Source: an uncultured Gemmatimonas sp. (GTDB lineage Bacteria; Gemmatimonadota; Gemmatimonadetes; Gemmatimonadales; Gemmatimonadaceae). From it: a DNA stretch of 64,000 bases. Under the pieces are notes generated by a model. The model was not told the origin of the DNA. It made no database searches and worked only from the letters and a program-made list of their open reading frames with translations. How positions within the stretch are numbered: the stretch's first letter is position 1; the number at the start of each line of letters is the position of its first letter. Positions 19,489 through 28,418 of this stretch are shown here, in pieces. The position numbers and the translations under genes are program-made. Where the stretch lies: NCBI GenBank assembly GCA_964414995.1, contig CAYPYY010000003.1, forward strand, positions 26-64,025. Direction: 5' to 3'.

Positions 19489-21150
19489 CTACTCGGTCAC
19501 CGCGCGCATCGAGGTCGTGCGGCGCGCCGCCTGCGCCACCAGCCGCTGCGAGCCCTCGCGCACCTCGCGATCGCGGTCCTCGCGTAGCAGGCCGACCGCG
19601 GCCATCGCCGCGGGCGTGCGGATGACGACCAGCGCCGCGCTCGCCTGCAGGCGGAACGCCGCCGCGCGGTGCTGTGGATGGGTGGACTCGCCCTTGGCGC
19701 AGCGCACCAACGCCGCGACCGCCTCCGGTGTGCCGATGGTCGCGAGGGCGTGCATCGTACCGTAGAGCACCTCGCGATCCGGCTCGACGTCGAGCCGCGG
19801 CACCAGATGTCGCAGCGCACTCGCGCCACGGCGTGACAGTGCCGCCGTCGCCCGCGCGCGCACCAACGGCGACTCGTCGTCGAGCGCGAGCCCGAGCAGG
19901 TCCAACGCGCCGTCACCACCGACCGCATCCAGCTCGCTGACCACCGCGCGCCGCACGCGTGGCTCGCCGTGGCGCAGGACCTCGCCGAGCATTCGCACCG
20001 CACGCTCGTCGCCGAGCGCTCCGAGCACCGCGATCGCCTCGCGCACGTCGTACTCGTCGCCATTGCGCAGCCAGTCGTGCAGCGCGTCAAAGGTGCGACG
20101 CAGTTCCCTGAGCGCGGCGATCACCGTGCGTCGCCCCTCGAGCGTCGGCACGTTGGCGTATTCGTCCATCAGGGCGTCGGCACCGTCGGTGCCGAATCGA
20201 TACAGGACCGCCTGCGCCCGTGCCGAAAGTGTGGCGTCGTCCGCTAGGCGGTGCCGCAGCACCGCCAACTGGCGCAGGATCGGCGGGTTCGCGAGGCGCC
20301 GGAGCGGCTGTACGAACACGCGGCGCCGGTCATCCGATGCATCGCGCTCGAGCTGCCGAAACTCGATCGCCACCAGCGCCGTGATGGCGTTCAACATCAG
20401 GACGTGCTCGCCCGTGCGGAACGCGAGCTCCGCGGCCTCGGCGAGCTCGTTCAACAACGGCTCGAGCTCCAGCAGTGCGTCGGTTGCCTGGAGCTTTTGG
20501 ACGAGTCCTGAGATGCGCGCGTCGACAATCTCCGGCACGTCGATGGCCTCAGCCAGTTGCTCCGTGCGCGAGGCGGGGCCCTCGACGGGCTCGGGTGCGA
20601 CTTCGGGCGCGATGTCCGCGACGGCGATGCTCCCTTCCGGCGTCGGGCGCCGAGCCACCGACGCACTGCTGCGCGGCGTGGCCGTCGGCACCAACGGTGC
20701 GACTTCTCCCGCGCGCTCGCGTGCCTTGAGCCGTCGCGGGATCCCGCGCGCATCGATGGTCGCGGAGCGCACGGCGAAGTGTCCGATCGGATCCGTGGTC
20801 GGCGGGGCCGCGCCCAGCAGGCGAGTCAGCTCGTTCACGTCGGCTTCCGCGGACTTCTCGGTGAGCGTCAACGACTCGACACCGTAGGTCGCGAGCCGCG
20901 CCGCAAGCAACGCCGCGGCGTCCGCGTCGGACGAGTCCTCCGGCGCAAGCGCGCTGCCGTCGACGCGCAACGCGCCGTCCTCGCCGAGCACGAACTCGAA
21001 GCGCTGCCCCTTGAGCGCCTTGGTCAGGGCGCGCACCGCAGTGCGGTGCTCCGCCACGGCGCCGGGCGCGGCGGCGACCTGGGCCACGAGGCGCACGAAC
21101 CGCAGGGCCGCGCCCGCGGCGGGTGATGGTGCGACCGGCTCCTCGCTCAT
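19489..21150 (-). CDS. HEAT-repeat protein with uncharacterised N-terminal domain
   Basis: C-terminal PBS-lyase-type HEAT repeats (VREAIAVLGALG, RVRRAVV, LVRARA, DREVRE); start reassigned to ATG 21150. Confidence 0.75.
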   Translation of the reverse strand: MSEEPVAPSPAAGAALRFVRLVAQVAAAPGAVAEHRTAVRALTKALKGQRFEFVLGEDGALRVDGSALAPEDSSDADAAALLAARLATYGVESLTLTEKSAEADVNELTRLLGAAPPTTDPIGHFAVRSATIDARGIPRRLKARERAGEVAPLVPTATPRSSASVARRPTPEGSIAVADIAPEVAPEPVEGPASRTEQLAEAIDVPEIVDARISGLVQKLQATDALLELEPLLNELAEAAELAFRTGEHVLMLNAITALVAIEFRQLERDASDDRRRVFVQPLRRLANPPILRQLAVLRHRLADDATLSARAQAVLYRFGTDGADALMDEYANVPTLEGRRTVIAALRELRRTFDALHDWLRNGDEYDVREAIAVLGALGDERAVRMLGEVLRHGEPRVRRAVVSELDAVGGDGALDLLGLALDDESPLVRARATAALSRRGASALRHLVPRLDVEPDREVLYGTMHALATIGTPEAVAALVRCAKGESTHPQHRAAAFRLQASAALVVIRTPAAMAAVGLLREDRDREVREGSQRLVAQAARRTTSMRAVTE

Positions 21151-21250
21151 CTCTGCTGGTGCGCGTCCATAGGCTCCGGTAACATACGCCGCAGTCGCGG
21201 CGACTACCACGGACGTGCCGCGTCCGACATTCCACCACAGAGTGCTACGA

Positions 21251-22561
21251 ATGCGCCTGCTTGCCCTGCTCGTCCTCTCGGTCGCCACATCGCTCCCCGC
21301 GCAGCAGCGCGCGGCCCCCACCAGCTCGGGCACGGTCGCCATTCGAGCCGCGCGCCTGATCGACGGCACCGGCGCGGCTCCAATCCAGAACGGCATCGTC
21401 GTGGTGACCGATGACAAGATCGTCGCGGTTGGTCCGGAGTCGTCGGTGCGCGTGCCCGCCGGCGCGCGGCGCATCGACCTCGGCGATGCCACGCTGATGC
21501 CCGGTTTCATCGATCTGCACGTGCATCTGATTGGCCGCGAGATCGAGGATCCCGGCGCGTTTCAAGCATCGGTGAATGACTATCCCGGCTTCGCGGTCGC
21601 GCTCGGCACCGAGTTCGCCCGACGCACGCTGATGGCGGGCTTCACGACGGTGCGCAACGTCGGCGCGCCCGGCTTCGAGGATATGGGTCTGCGCAACGCC
21701 ATCAACGGCGGCTACGTCCCCGGCCCGCGGATTCAGGCCGCGGGCCACTCGCTTGGCATCACCGGTGGCCACTGCGACGAGAATAACTATCGACCCGGGC
21801 TGATCGACGGCGCGCCCGAGACGGGCATCGCCGACGGCGTGGACGAAGTGCGGCGCGCCGTGCGCTACCAGGTGAAGTACGGCGCCGACGTCATCAAGAC
21901 CTGTGCGACCGCGGGCGTGCTGTCGGGCGGCACGCAGGGCATCGGTGCGTCGCAGTACTCCGTTGAGGAATTGACTGCGATGGTCAACGAGGCGCGCACG
22001 CTGGGCCGCCGCGTGGCAGCGCACGCGCACGGCGCCGAGGGCATCCGCCGCGCGGCCTCGGCAGGGGTCACGAGCATCGAACACGGCTCGTTCCTCGACG
22101 AGGAAGGCGCACGCATTATGGCCCAGCGCGGCACCTTCCTCGTGCCGACGATGATGGCCGGCGAAGCCGTGCTGCGCGCCGCCGACGCCGGCCAGATGCC
22201 GCCGCTCGTGAGCGCGAAGGCGCGCGACGCCGCCGCCGCAATGCGGAACGCCACGCGCATCGCGCGCGCCGCCGGTGTGCGCATCGCCCTCGGCACCGAC
22301 GCCGGCGTGGGCCGACACGGCGCCAACGGCCACGAGTTCACGCTGATGGTGCAGTGGGGCGGGCTGACGCCGATGGAGTCGATCGTCGCCGGCACGTCCA
22401 CCGCCGCCGAGGTGCTGGGCTGGCAGGATCGCGTGGGCACGCTGCGCGCCGGCCTGCTCGCTGATATCGTCGCCGTCCCTGGCGATCCTCTGCGTGACAT
22501 CACGGCGATGGAGCGTCCGAGCTTCGTGATGAAGGGCGGCGTGGTGTTCAAGGGGCAGTGA
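21251..22561 (+). CDS. Exported metal-dependent amidohydrolase (Xaa-Pro dipeptidase-like subgroup)
   Basis: Signal peptide; PGFIDLHVH, GFTTVR, TGGHCD, DVIK, AHAHG, IEHG, GTDAG. Confidence 0.88.
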   Translation: MRLLALLVLSVATSLPAQQRAAPTSSGTVAIRAARLIDGTGAAPIQNGIVVVTDDKIVAVGPESSVRVPAGARRIDLGDATLMPGFIDLHVHLIGREIEDPGAFQASVNDYPGFAVALGTEFARRTLMAGFTTVRNVGAPGFEDMGLRNAINGGYVPGPRIQAAGHSLGITGGHCDENNYRPGLIDGAPETGIADGVDEVRRAVRYQVKYGADVIKTCATAGVLSGGTQGIGASQYSVEELTAMVNEARTLGRRVAAHAHGAEGIRRAASAGVTSIEHGSFLDEEGARIMAQRGTFLVPTMMAGEAVLRAADAGQMPPLVSAKARDAAAAMRNATRIARAAGVRIALGTDAGVGRHGANGHEFTLMVQWGGLTPMESIVAGTSTAAEVLGWQDRVGTLRAGLLADIVAVPGDPLRDITAMERPSFVMKGGVVFKGQ

Positions 22562-23460
22562 CGCTGCACTGTTGGTCGAGCGCGCAGTACGTCATCGCGC
22601 TGCCCGAGGGACATCGCTTTCCGATCGCGAAGTACGCCCTCCTCCGCGATGCCGTGCTCGCGGAGGGGGTCGTGCCAGCAGCAGCGCTGCACGATCCCGC
22701 GCGCGCGCCGCGCGCCGACGTGCAGCGCGTGCACGACGCGGCGTACATCGACCGTCTGCTCCGCGGCACGATGCCGGCAGCCGAGCAGCGCGTGCTGGGC
22801 TTCCCGTGGAGCGAAGGGCTGGTGGAGCGTTCGTTCCGCGCCGCCGGAGGGACGCTCGAGGCGGCGCACCACGCCCTCGACGCCGGCATCGCGATGAACC
22901 TCGCCGGCGGTACGCATCACGCGTTCGCGTCGCACGGCGAGGGATTTTGCGTGCTGAACGACGTGGCGATCGCTGTGCAGGCGTTGCGTGCCGCGGGCCG
23001 CATCCGACGTGCCGTCGTGATTGACCTCGACGTGCACCAGGGGAACGGTACGCACGCCATCTTTGCCGGCGACGAGGCCACGTTCACGTTCTCGATGCAC
23101 GGCCGACGCAACTATCCGTTTCGCAAGGTGGGCGGCACGCTCGACGTGGAGCTCGAGGACGGCACGGGCGACACGGAGTACCTCGAGCGCCTCGCCGCCG
23201 TCCTGCCCGACGTACTCGCACGGGCACGCGCGGACCTCGTGTTCTATCTCGCCGGCGCCGATCCGCACGAAGGCGACACGCTCGGCCGCCTTGCCCTGAC
23301 GTTTGACGGACTGATGCGCCGCGATGCCTTGGTGCTCGAATCCGCTCGGGCGGTCGGCGTACCCGTCGCCATCGCCATCGCGGGTGGGTACGGACGCGAC
23401 ATTCGCGACACGGTGCGGGTGCACGTGAATACCGCGCGTGTCGCAACGAGCTTTCTTTAG
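22558..23460 (+). CDS. Histone deacetylase family (Zn-dependent deacylase)
   Basis: HRFP..KY, GGTHHA, GFC, DLDVHQGNGT, AGAD, GGY. Confidence 0.92.
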   Translation: MTLHCWSSAQYVIALPEGHRFPIAKYALLRDAVLAEGVVPAAALHDPARAPRADVQRVHDAAYIDRLLRGTMPAAEQRVLGFPWSEGLVERSFRAAGGTLEAAHHALDAGIAMNLAGGTHHAFASHGEGFCVLNDVAIAVQALRAAGRIRRAVVIDLDVHQGNGTHAIFAGDEATFTFSMHGRRNYPFRKVGGTLDVELEDGTGDTEYLERLAAVLPDVLARARADLVFYLAGADPHEGDTLGRLALTFDGLMRRDALVLESARAVGVPVAIAIAGGYGRDIRDTVRVHVNTARVATSFL

Positions 23461-23467
23461 CTGACCG

Positions 23468-24355
23468 ATGCTGCCGATTCCGCCTCCGACCACTGACGGC
23501 GTCACAACGACGACCGCTCAACCGCTCTACTGGTGCCGCTATGCGGCTCCGGACGCACGCGGCGAGCTCGTGGTGCTCCACGGCGGCCCCGGCGCGCATC
23601 ACGACTACCTCTTGCCGCAGATGCTGGAGCTCGGGCGGCATCGCGACCTGCTCTTCTACGATCAGCGCGGCGGCGGTCGCTCCAAGACCGATGACCGCGC
23701 GCCCGTCACGTGGCGCACGCACGTGGACGACCTCGCCGCGGTGCTCGCGGAACTGCACCGCGGGCCGCTCACACTGGTGGGCTACTCTTGGGGCGCAATG
23801 CTCGCGGCGTTCTATGCCATCGAGGCCCAGCGGGGCACGGTCGCCCCGCAACCGTCGCGACTCGTGCTGCTCGACCCCGCCCCACTCTCGCGTGCGTGGC
23901 GCGCGCAGTTCGAAGAGGAATTCTCCCGCCGGCAAGCCAGCCCGGAGGTGCAGGCGATGCGTGACGAGCTCGCCGCGAGCGGACTGCGCGAAAGCGACCC
24001 CGCCGCCTACCGGCAACGCACGTTCGAGCTCTCCGTCGCCGGCTACTTCGCGGATCCGCGGCGCGCGCGCGACCTCACGCCGTTCCGGGTGACCGGTCGT
24101 GTCCAGCAGTCCGTCTGGGAGTCGCTCGGCGACTTCGACCTCGTGCCAGCGCTCGGCGCGCTCACGGTGCCCGCGCTCGTCGTCCACGGGCGGCAGGATC
24201 CGATCCCGCTCGAGTCGGCAGCCGCCGCGGCCGCGGCCCTCGGCGCCGAGTCCGTGTGGCTGGATGACTGCGGCCACGTCCCGTATGTTGAACAGCGAAC
24301 GGCCCTGATGCGCGCCGTCGAGACCTTCCTCGACCGCACCGAGCCCAGCCGGTGA
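23468..24355 (+). CDS. Alpha/beta hydrolase, proline iminopeptidase-like (S33)
   Basis: HGGPG, YDQRGGGRS, GYSWG nucleophile, HG.QD, CGHVP. Confidence 0.85.
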   Translation: MLPIPPPTTDGVTTTTAQPLYWCRYAAPDARGELVVLHGGPGAHHDYLLPQMLELGRHRDLLFYDQRGGGRSKTDDRAPVTWRTHVDDLAAVLAELHRGPLTLVGYSWGAMLAAFYAIEAQRGTVAPQPSRLVLLDPAPLSRAWRAQFEEEFSRRQASPEVQAMRDELAASGLRESDPAAYRQRTFELSVAGYFADPRRARDLTPFRVTGRVQQSVWESLGDFDLVPALGALTVPALVVHGRQDPIPLESAAAAAAALGAESVWLDDCGHVPYVEQRTALMRAVETFLDRTEPSR

Positions 24356-24359
24356 GACT

Positions 24360-24818
24360 ATGCGGACCTCACACGAGATCGTCCAACCCCACCTGTCGAC
24401 CATCGAGGTCGAAGGACGCCGCTACAACGTGTCGGTGCGCATCACGTGGGACGGCATCGAGTTCGTGGGGCGCCTGTGGTTCGCGGACGAGGCGTGGGAG
24501 GATCTGGGGATTCCCGATCACGCCTCATTGCCCGGCCGCACACGAGACGAGGTGATGGCACTGGCCCAACGCCTCTCCGCCGAGGACCTCGGCAAGCGCT
24601 ACGCACGCGCGCTGAACGAGAAGCGACGCTACATCGGGCTGCGGAAGCACACCGAAGAGGTGCTGGCCAAGATTCGTTATCTGAATCAGGTGGCGGTCTC
24701 GATGCGCGCCGGCCTGCTCGATGTCGAGGGCGCCGCGCACGAGATTGACCTCACGGAGAAGCAGCTCCACTCGCTCATTAGCGAGATCACGGAGTTCGCC
24801 GGCCGCGAAGAGCAGTAG
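24360..24818 (+). CDS. Hypothetical protein
   Basis: 152 aa with normal codon style; beta-rich N-half, helical C-half. Confidence 0.75.
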   Translation: MRTSHEIVQPHLSTIEVEGRRYNVSVRITWDGIEFVGRLWFADEAWEDLGIPDHASLPGRTRDEVMALAQRLSAEDLGKRYARALNEKRRYIGLRKHTEEVLAKIRYLNQVAVSMRAGLLDVEGAAHEIDLTEKQLHSLISEITEFAGREEQ

Positions 24819-24898
24819 CCGGACAGGGCAGCGGGGGAACGTCGCTCCACGGCGAGCGATTCGTCCTTCATTCAGGACCTCTGCCCGCACAGATTTCG

Positions 24899-26632
24899 AT
24901 GATGGACTCCCGCGCCGCCGCGCACCTGCTGCACGAGATCGTCGCCCTGCTTGAACTGCAGGGCGAGGATCCCGCCGTGCCCGCACCCTTCGCCGACGCG
25001 GCGCGCTCGCTCGCCGCCGACGAGGCGCGGCCGCTCAAGGAGCTGCTCAAGCGCGATCGGCGCCGCTTCGCTCCCGAAGTCCTCGAGGTGCTCGAGCAGT
25101 TCCGCGACAACGGCGATGCCGACTTGCTCGACCGGCTCCGCGAGAGCACGCCCGAGGGGCTGTTCGAAATGATGCGCGTGCCCGGACTCGGCCCCTCGCG
25201 CATCCGACGCATTCACGAAGGCCTGGGCCTCGACACGCTGCAGGAGCTCGAGGACGCGGCGCGCGATGGCCGGCTCGCCAAGCTCCCGCGCTTTGGGGCC
25301 CGCACCGCAGAACAGGTGCTGCGCGGCATCGCGTGGCTCAAGGAGAGCGGCGCGCAGGTACTGCTGCCGCACGGACGCGCCGAAGCGGAGCGCCTTCTGG
25401 CGGCGGTGCGCCGTCAGCCGGGCGTGGTGCGCGCGGAGATCGGCGGCGCGGTGCGCCGGCACTGCGAGACCGTGCGCGAAATCGATATCGTGGCGGCGTG
25501 CGTGCGCGAGCCCGAAGCGGTCGCCGCCGCATTTGCGCGGACCCCGGGCGTCCGCGATTCGGTGGGCAGCGGCACGCGACTGGTGAGCATCCGCTTCGAC
25601 GACGGCATCCGCCTGCACCTGCACTGCGTCCCGGTGGACGAGTTCGTCGTCACGTGGTTCCACGCCACCGGCTCGGCGGCGCACGTGCACGAGGTCGCGG
25701 CCCGCGCCGCGCTCCGCGGACTCACGCTCGACCAGCACGCGTTGCGCGACGCGACCGGGCGCGCGCTCGAGCTCGCGGACGAGCCGGCCCTCTATGCCGC
25801 CATCGGCCTGCCCTGGCTCGCCCCCGAACTACGCGAGGGCCTCGGCGAATCGAGCGCTGCTGAGTCTGGCGAACTCGCCGGCCTCGTCACACTCCCCGAC
25901 ATCCGCGGTGTGCTGCACTGCCACTCACAGTACTCCGATGGCGGTGCGACCATCGCCGAACTCGCCGCGGCGGCGCGTGCGCGCGGCTGGAGCTACCTCG
26001 GCATCTCCGATCACTCGCAGTCGGCGTTCTACGCGGGCGGCCTCACGGCCGAGTCGCTGGCGCGGCAGCACGACGAGATTGACGCCATCAACGCCTCGTT
26101 CCCCGACTTCCGCGTGCTCAAGGGCGTCGAGGCGGACATCCTGCCCTGTGGACGCATCGACTATCCGACCGAAGTGCTGGACCGCTTCGACTACGTGATC
26201 GCCTCGATTCACTCGCGGCTGGGGATGAACGAGACGCAGATGACCGATCGCGTGCTCAAGGCGCTCGAGGACCCGCATATCTCCGTGCTTGGGCATCCGA
26301 CGGGCCGGCTACTCCTCACGCGCGAGCCGTATGCCATTGATATGGACGCGGTGCTGAGGCGCGCCGGCGAACTCGGCGTCGCGGTCGAGCTCAACGCCGA
26401 CCCGCATCGCCTCGATCTCGACTGGCGGCTGGCGCGCGTCGCGCGGGAACACCGCGCGCGCATCGAGATCGGCCCCGACGCCCACTCAGTGGACGGGCTC
26501 GAGAATATGGCCCTCGGGATCGGAATGGCGCGCAAGGCGTGGCTCACGCCGGATGACGTGATCAACACGCGGAGCGCCGAGGACTTCGTGGCCTTCGCCA
26601 CGCGCCGCCGCCGCGCCGCCGTCGCCAGCTGA
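24899..26632 (+). CDS. polX: PolX-PHP family DNA polymerase/3'-5' exonuclease, non-canonical polymerase site
   Basis: VPGLGP, TGS, PELRE; PHP motifs HCHSQYSDG, SDHS, GVEAD, SIHS, GHPTGR, DAH. Confidence 0.9.
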   Translation: MMDSRAAAHLLHEIVALLELQGEDPAVPAPFADAARSLAADEARPLKELLKRDRRRFAPEVLEVLEQFRDNGDADLLDRLRESTPEGLFEMMRVPGLGPSRIRRIHEGLGLDTLQELEDAARDGRLAKLPRFGARTAEQVLRGIAWLKESGAQVLLPHGRAEAERLLAAVRRQPGVVRAEIGGAVRRHCETVREIDIVAACVREPEAVAAAFARTPGVRDSVGSGTRLVSIRFDDGIRLHLHCVPVDEFVVTWFHATGSAAHVHEVAARAALRGLTLDQHALRDATGRALELADEPALYAAIGLPWLAPELREGLGESSAAESGELAGLVTLPDIRGVLHCHSQYSDGGATIAELAAAARARGWSYLGISDHSQSAFYAGGLTAESLARQHDEIDAINASFPDFRVLKGVEADILPCGRIDYPTEVLDRFDYVIASIHSRLGMNETQMTDRVLKALEDPHISVLGHPTGRLLLTREPYAIDMDAVLRRAGELGVAVELNADPHRLDLDWRLARVAREHRARIEIGPDAHSVDGLENMALGIGMARKAWLTPDDVINTRSAEDFVAFATRRRRAAVAS

Positions 26633-27285
26633 TGGCCGCCAAGCGAGGCGCGGCGCGCGCCGAGCGCGCCGCGGAGATCCACCGTCGGCTGCTCGCGCTG
26701 TATCCCGACGCCCATTGCGAGCTCGACTACGGCAATCCCTTCGAACTCGCCGTCGCAACGATCCTCTCCGCGCAGTGTACCGACAAGCGCGTGAACCTGG
26801 TCACCCCCGAGCTCTTCCGCCGCTGGCCCACGCCAGCCGCACTGGCCAAGGCGCCGCGCGCGGAGATCGAGCAGGTCATCCAGAGCACGGGATTCTTTCG
26901 TAACAAGGCGAAGTCGCTCGCCGGGTTCGCCAAAGGCCTCGTGCAGCAGCACGGCGGCGATGTCCCGGCCTCGATGGACGATCTCGTCGCGTTGCCCGGC
27001 ATCGGACGCAAGACCGCCAATGTCGTGCTGGGAAATGCCTTCGGACGGAACGAGGGCATTGTCGTGGACACCCACGTGCAGCGATTATCGAAGCGGTTCG
27101 GACTCACGCGGCACAGTGACCCGGTGAAGGTCGAGCGTGCGTTGATGCCGTTGTTCCCCCGTGAGAGCTGGGCGATGCTCTCGCACCTGATGATCTGGCA
27201 CGGCCGGCGCGTCTGCGATGCGCGCAAGCCGCGCTGCGGCGAGTGTGCCCTCGCCGACATCTGCCCTTCTGCCAAGAGTTCCTGA
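26632..27285 (+). CDS. nth: Endonuclease III
   Basis: LSAQCTD, HhH LPGIGRKTANVV, VDTHV, Fe-S motif CDARKPRCGECALADIC. Confidence 0.96.
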   Translation: MAAKRGAARAERAAEIHRRLLALYPDAHCELDYGNPFELAVATILSAQCTDKRVNLVTPELFRRWPTPAALAKAPRAEIEQVIQSTGFFRNKAKSLAGFAKGLVQQHGGDVPASMDDLVALPGIGRKTANVVLGNAFGRNEGIVVDTHVQRLSKRFGLTRHSDPVKVERALMPLFPRESWAMLSHLMIWHGRRVCDARKPRCGECALADICPSAKSS

Positions 27286-27734
27286 TGTCTCTCCGCTTGA
27301 CCGTCGTCATCGCCGCCGCCGTCGTGGGCGCCGCGTGCGCCAGCGCGACGCCTCGTTCGCGCAACGCCCAGTTGCTCGCGCCGCCGGCCGACAGTTGCAT
27401 CATCGCGCGCGAGAACGCCGCCGCGGACCCGCGCCTGGACGTCGAGCGCGTTCCGACCCCACTGCGAATGCAGCCGCCGCCGATCCGGCGGCCCGTCCCG
27501 CGGACCGCCACGCGCCCGGACGGCTCGTCTGTCCTCCGCATCGAGGTGCTCGTGGACACCCTCGGCAAGGCCGATATGACCACCTTCAAGGTCCTCGAAT
27601 CCACATCGGCCTGGCTCACCACCGGCGTGCGCAACGCGGTCGCCCAGTGGACCTTCGAGCCGGCCCTGCTCAACGGCTGCAAGGTGCCACGGTTCTATCA
27701 ATTCTCCGCTTCGTCTCCGCCGCGGAGGCGTTAG
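27285..27734 (+). CDS. Putative lipoprotein with TonB C-terminal-like domain
   Basis: Lipobox-like GAAC; Pro-rich linker; EVLVDTLG..., WTFEPA..NG.KV; ATG overlaps nth stop. Confidence 0.6.
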   Translation: MSLRLTVVIAAAVVGAACASATPRSRNAQLLAPPADSCIIARENAAADPRLDVERVPTPLRMQPPPIRRPVPRTATRPDGSSVLRIEVLVDTLGKADMTTFKVLESTSAWLTTGVRNAVAQWTFEPALLNGCKVPRFYQFSASSPPRRR

Positions 27735-27744
27735 ATTTCGGCCT

Positions 27745-28203
27745 ATGAAAACCGCCACTTTCGAGACCAACAAGGGCACCATCACCGCCGAGCTGTTCGA
27801 GAAGGACGCTCCCGGCACGGTCGCCAATTTCGAGAAGCTCGCCAACGACGGCTTCTACGACCAGATCCGCTTCCATCGTGTGATTGCCGACTTCGTCGTG
27901 CAGGGCGGCTGCCCGAACGCGAAGATCGGCGGCACGCCGAAGGGCCCGCCGGGCACCGGCGGCCCGGGCTGGAAGATCAAGTGCGAAACCGCCAACAATC
28001 CGAATACGCACAAGCTCGGCGCGCTCTCGATGGCGCACGCCGGCAAGGACACGGGCGGCTCGCAGTTCTTTATGGTGCTGTCCGAGGCCAACACGCGGCA
28101 CTTGAACGGCGTGCACACGGTCTTCGGGCAGATCACCAGCGGGCTCGACGTGATGAAGCAGCTCACGGACCGCGACCATATGGTGAGCGTGCGCGTCAGC
28201 TGA
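27745..28203 (+). CDS. Cyclophilin-type peptidyl-prolyl cis-trans isomerase
   Basis: [43 protein letters not shown]. Confidence 0.95.
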   Translation: MKTATFETNKGTITAELFEKDAPGTVANFEKLANDGFYDQIRFHRVIADFVVQGGCPNAKIGGTPKGPPGTGGPGWKIKCETANNPNTHKLGALSMAHAGKDTGGSQFFMVLSEANTRHLNGVHTVFGQITSGLDVMKQLTDRDHMVSVRVS

Positions 28204-28267
28204 CGCGTCGCCCACCGCGCACCTTCCCCACCTCCACCGGGTCCCCCCAATGACTGCCGGAACTCCA

Positions 28268-28414
28268 ATGAGCGGCCGCGACACCGCGGCCTCGTTCAAG
28301 GGCCTGCTCGCTGGCCTCATCTTCGTCGGGATCGTCGTGGTCGGCATCACGATGCTCACGAACAAGAAGTTCGAGGGCCACGCCGAGTCGCCTGCCGCGA
28401 CGGCCACGCCCTGA
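28268..28414 (+). CDS. Small single-pass membrane protein (48 aa), absent from ORF track
   Basis: MSGRDTAASFKGLLAGLIFVGIVVVGITMLTNKKFEGHAESPAATATP; GC3-rich codons; followed by a hairpin. Confidence 0.7.
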   Translation: MSGRDTAASFKGLLAGLIFVGIVVVGITMLTNKKFEGHAESPAATATP

Positions 28415-28418
28415 AGCA

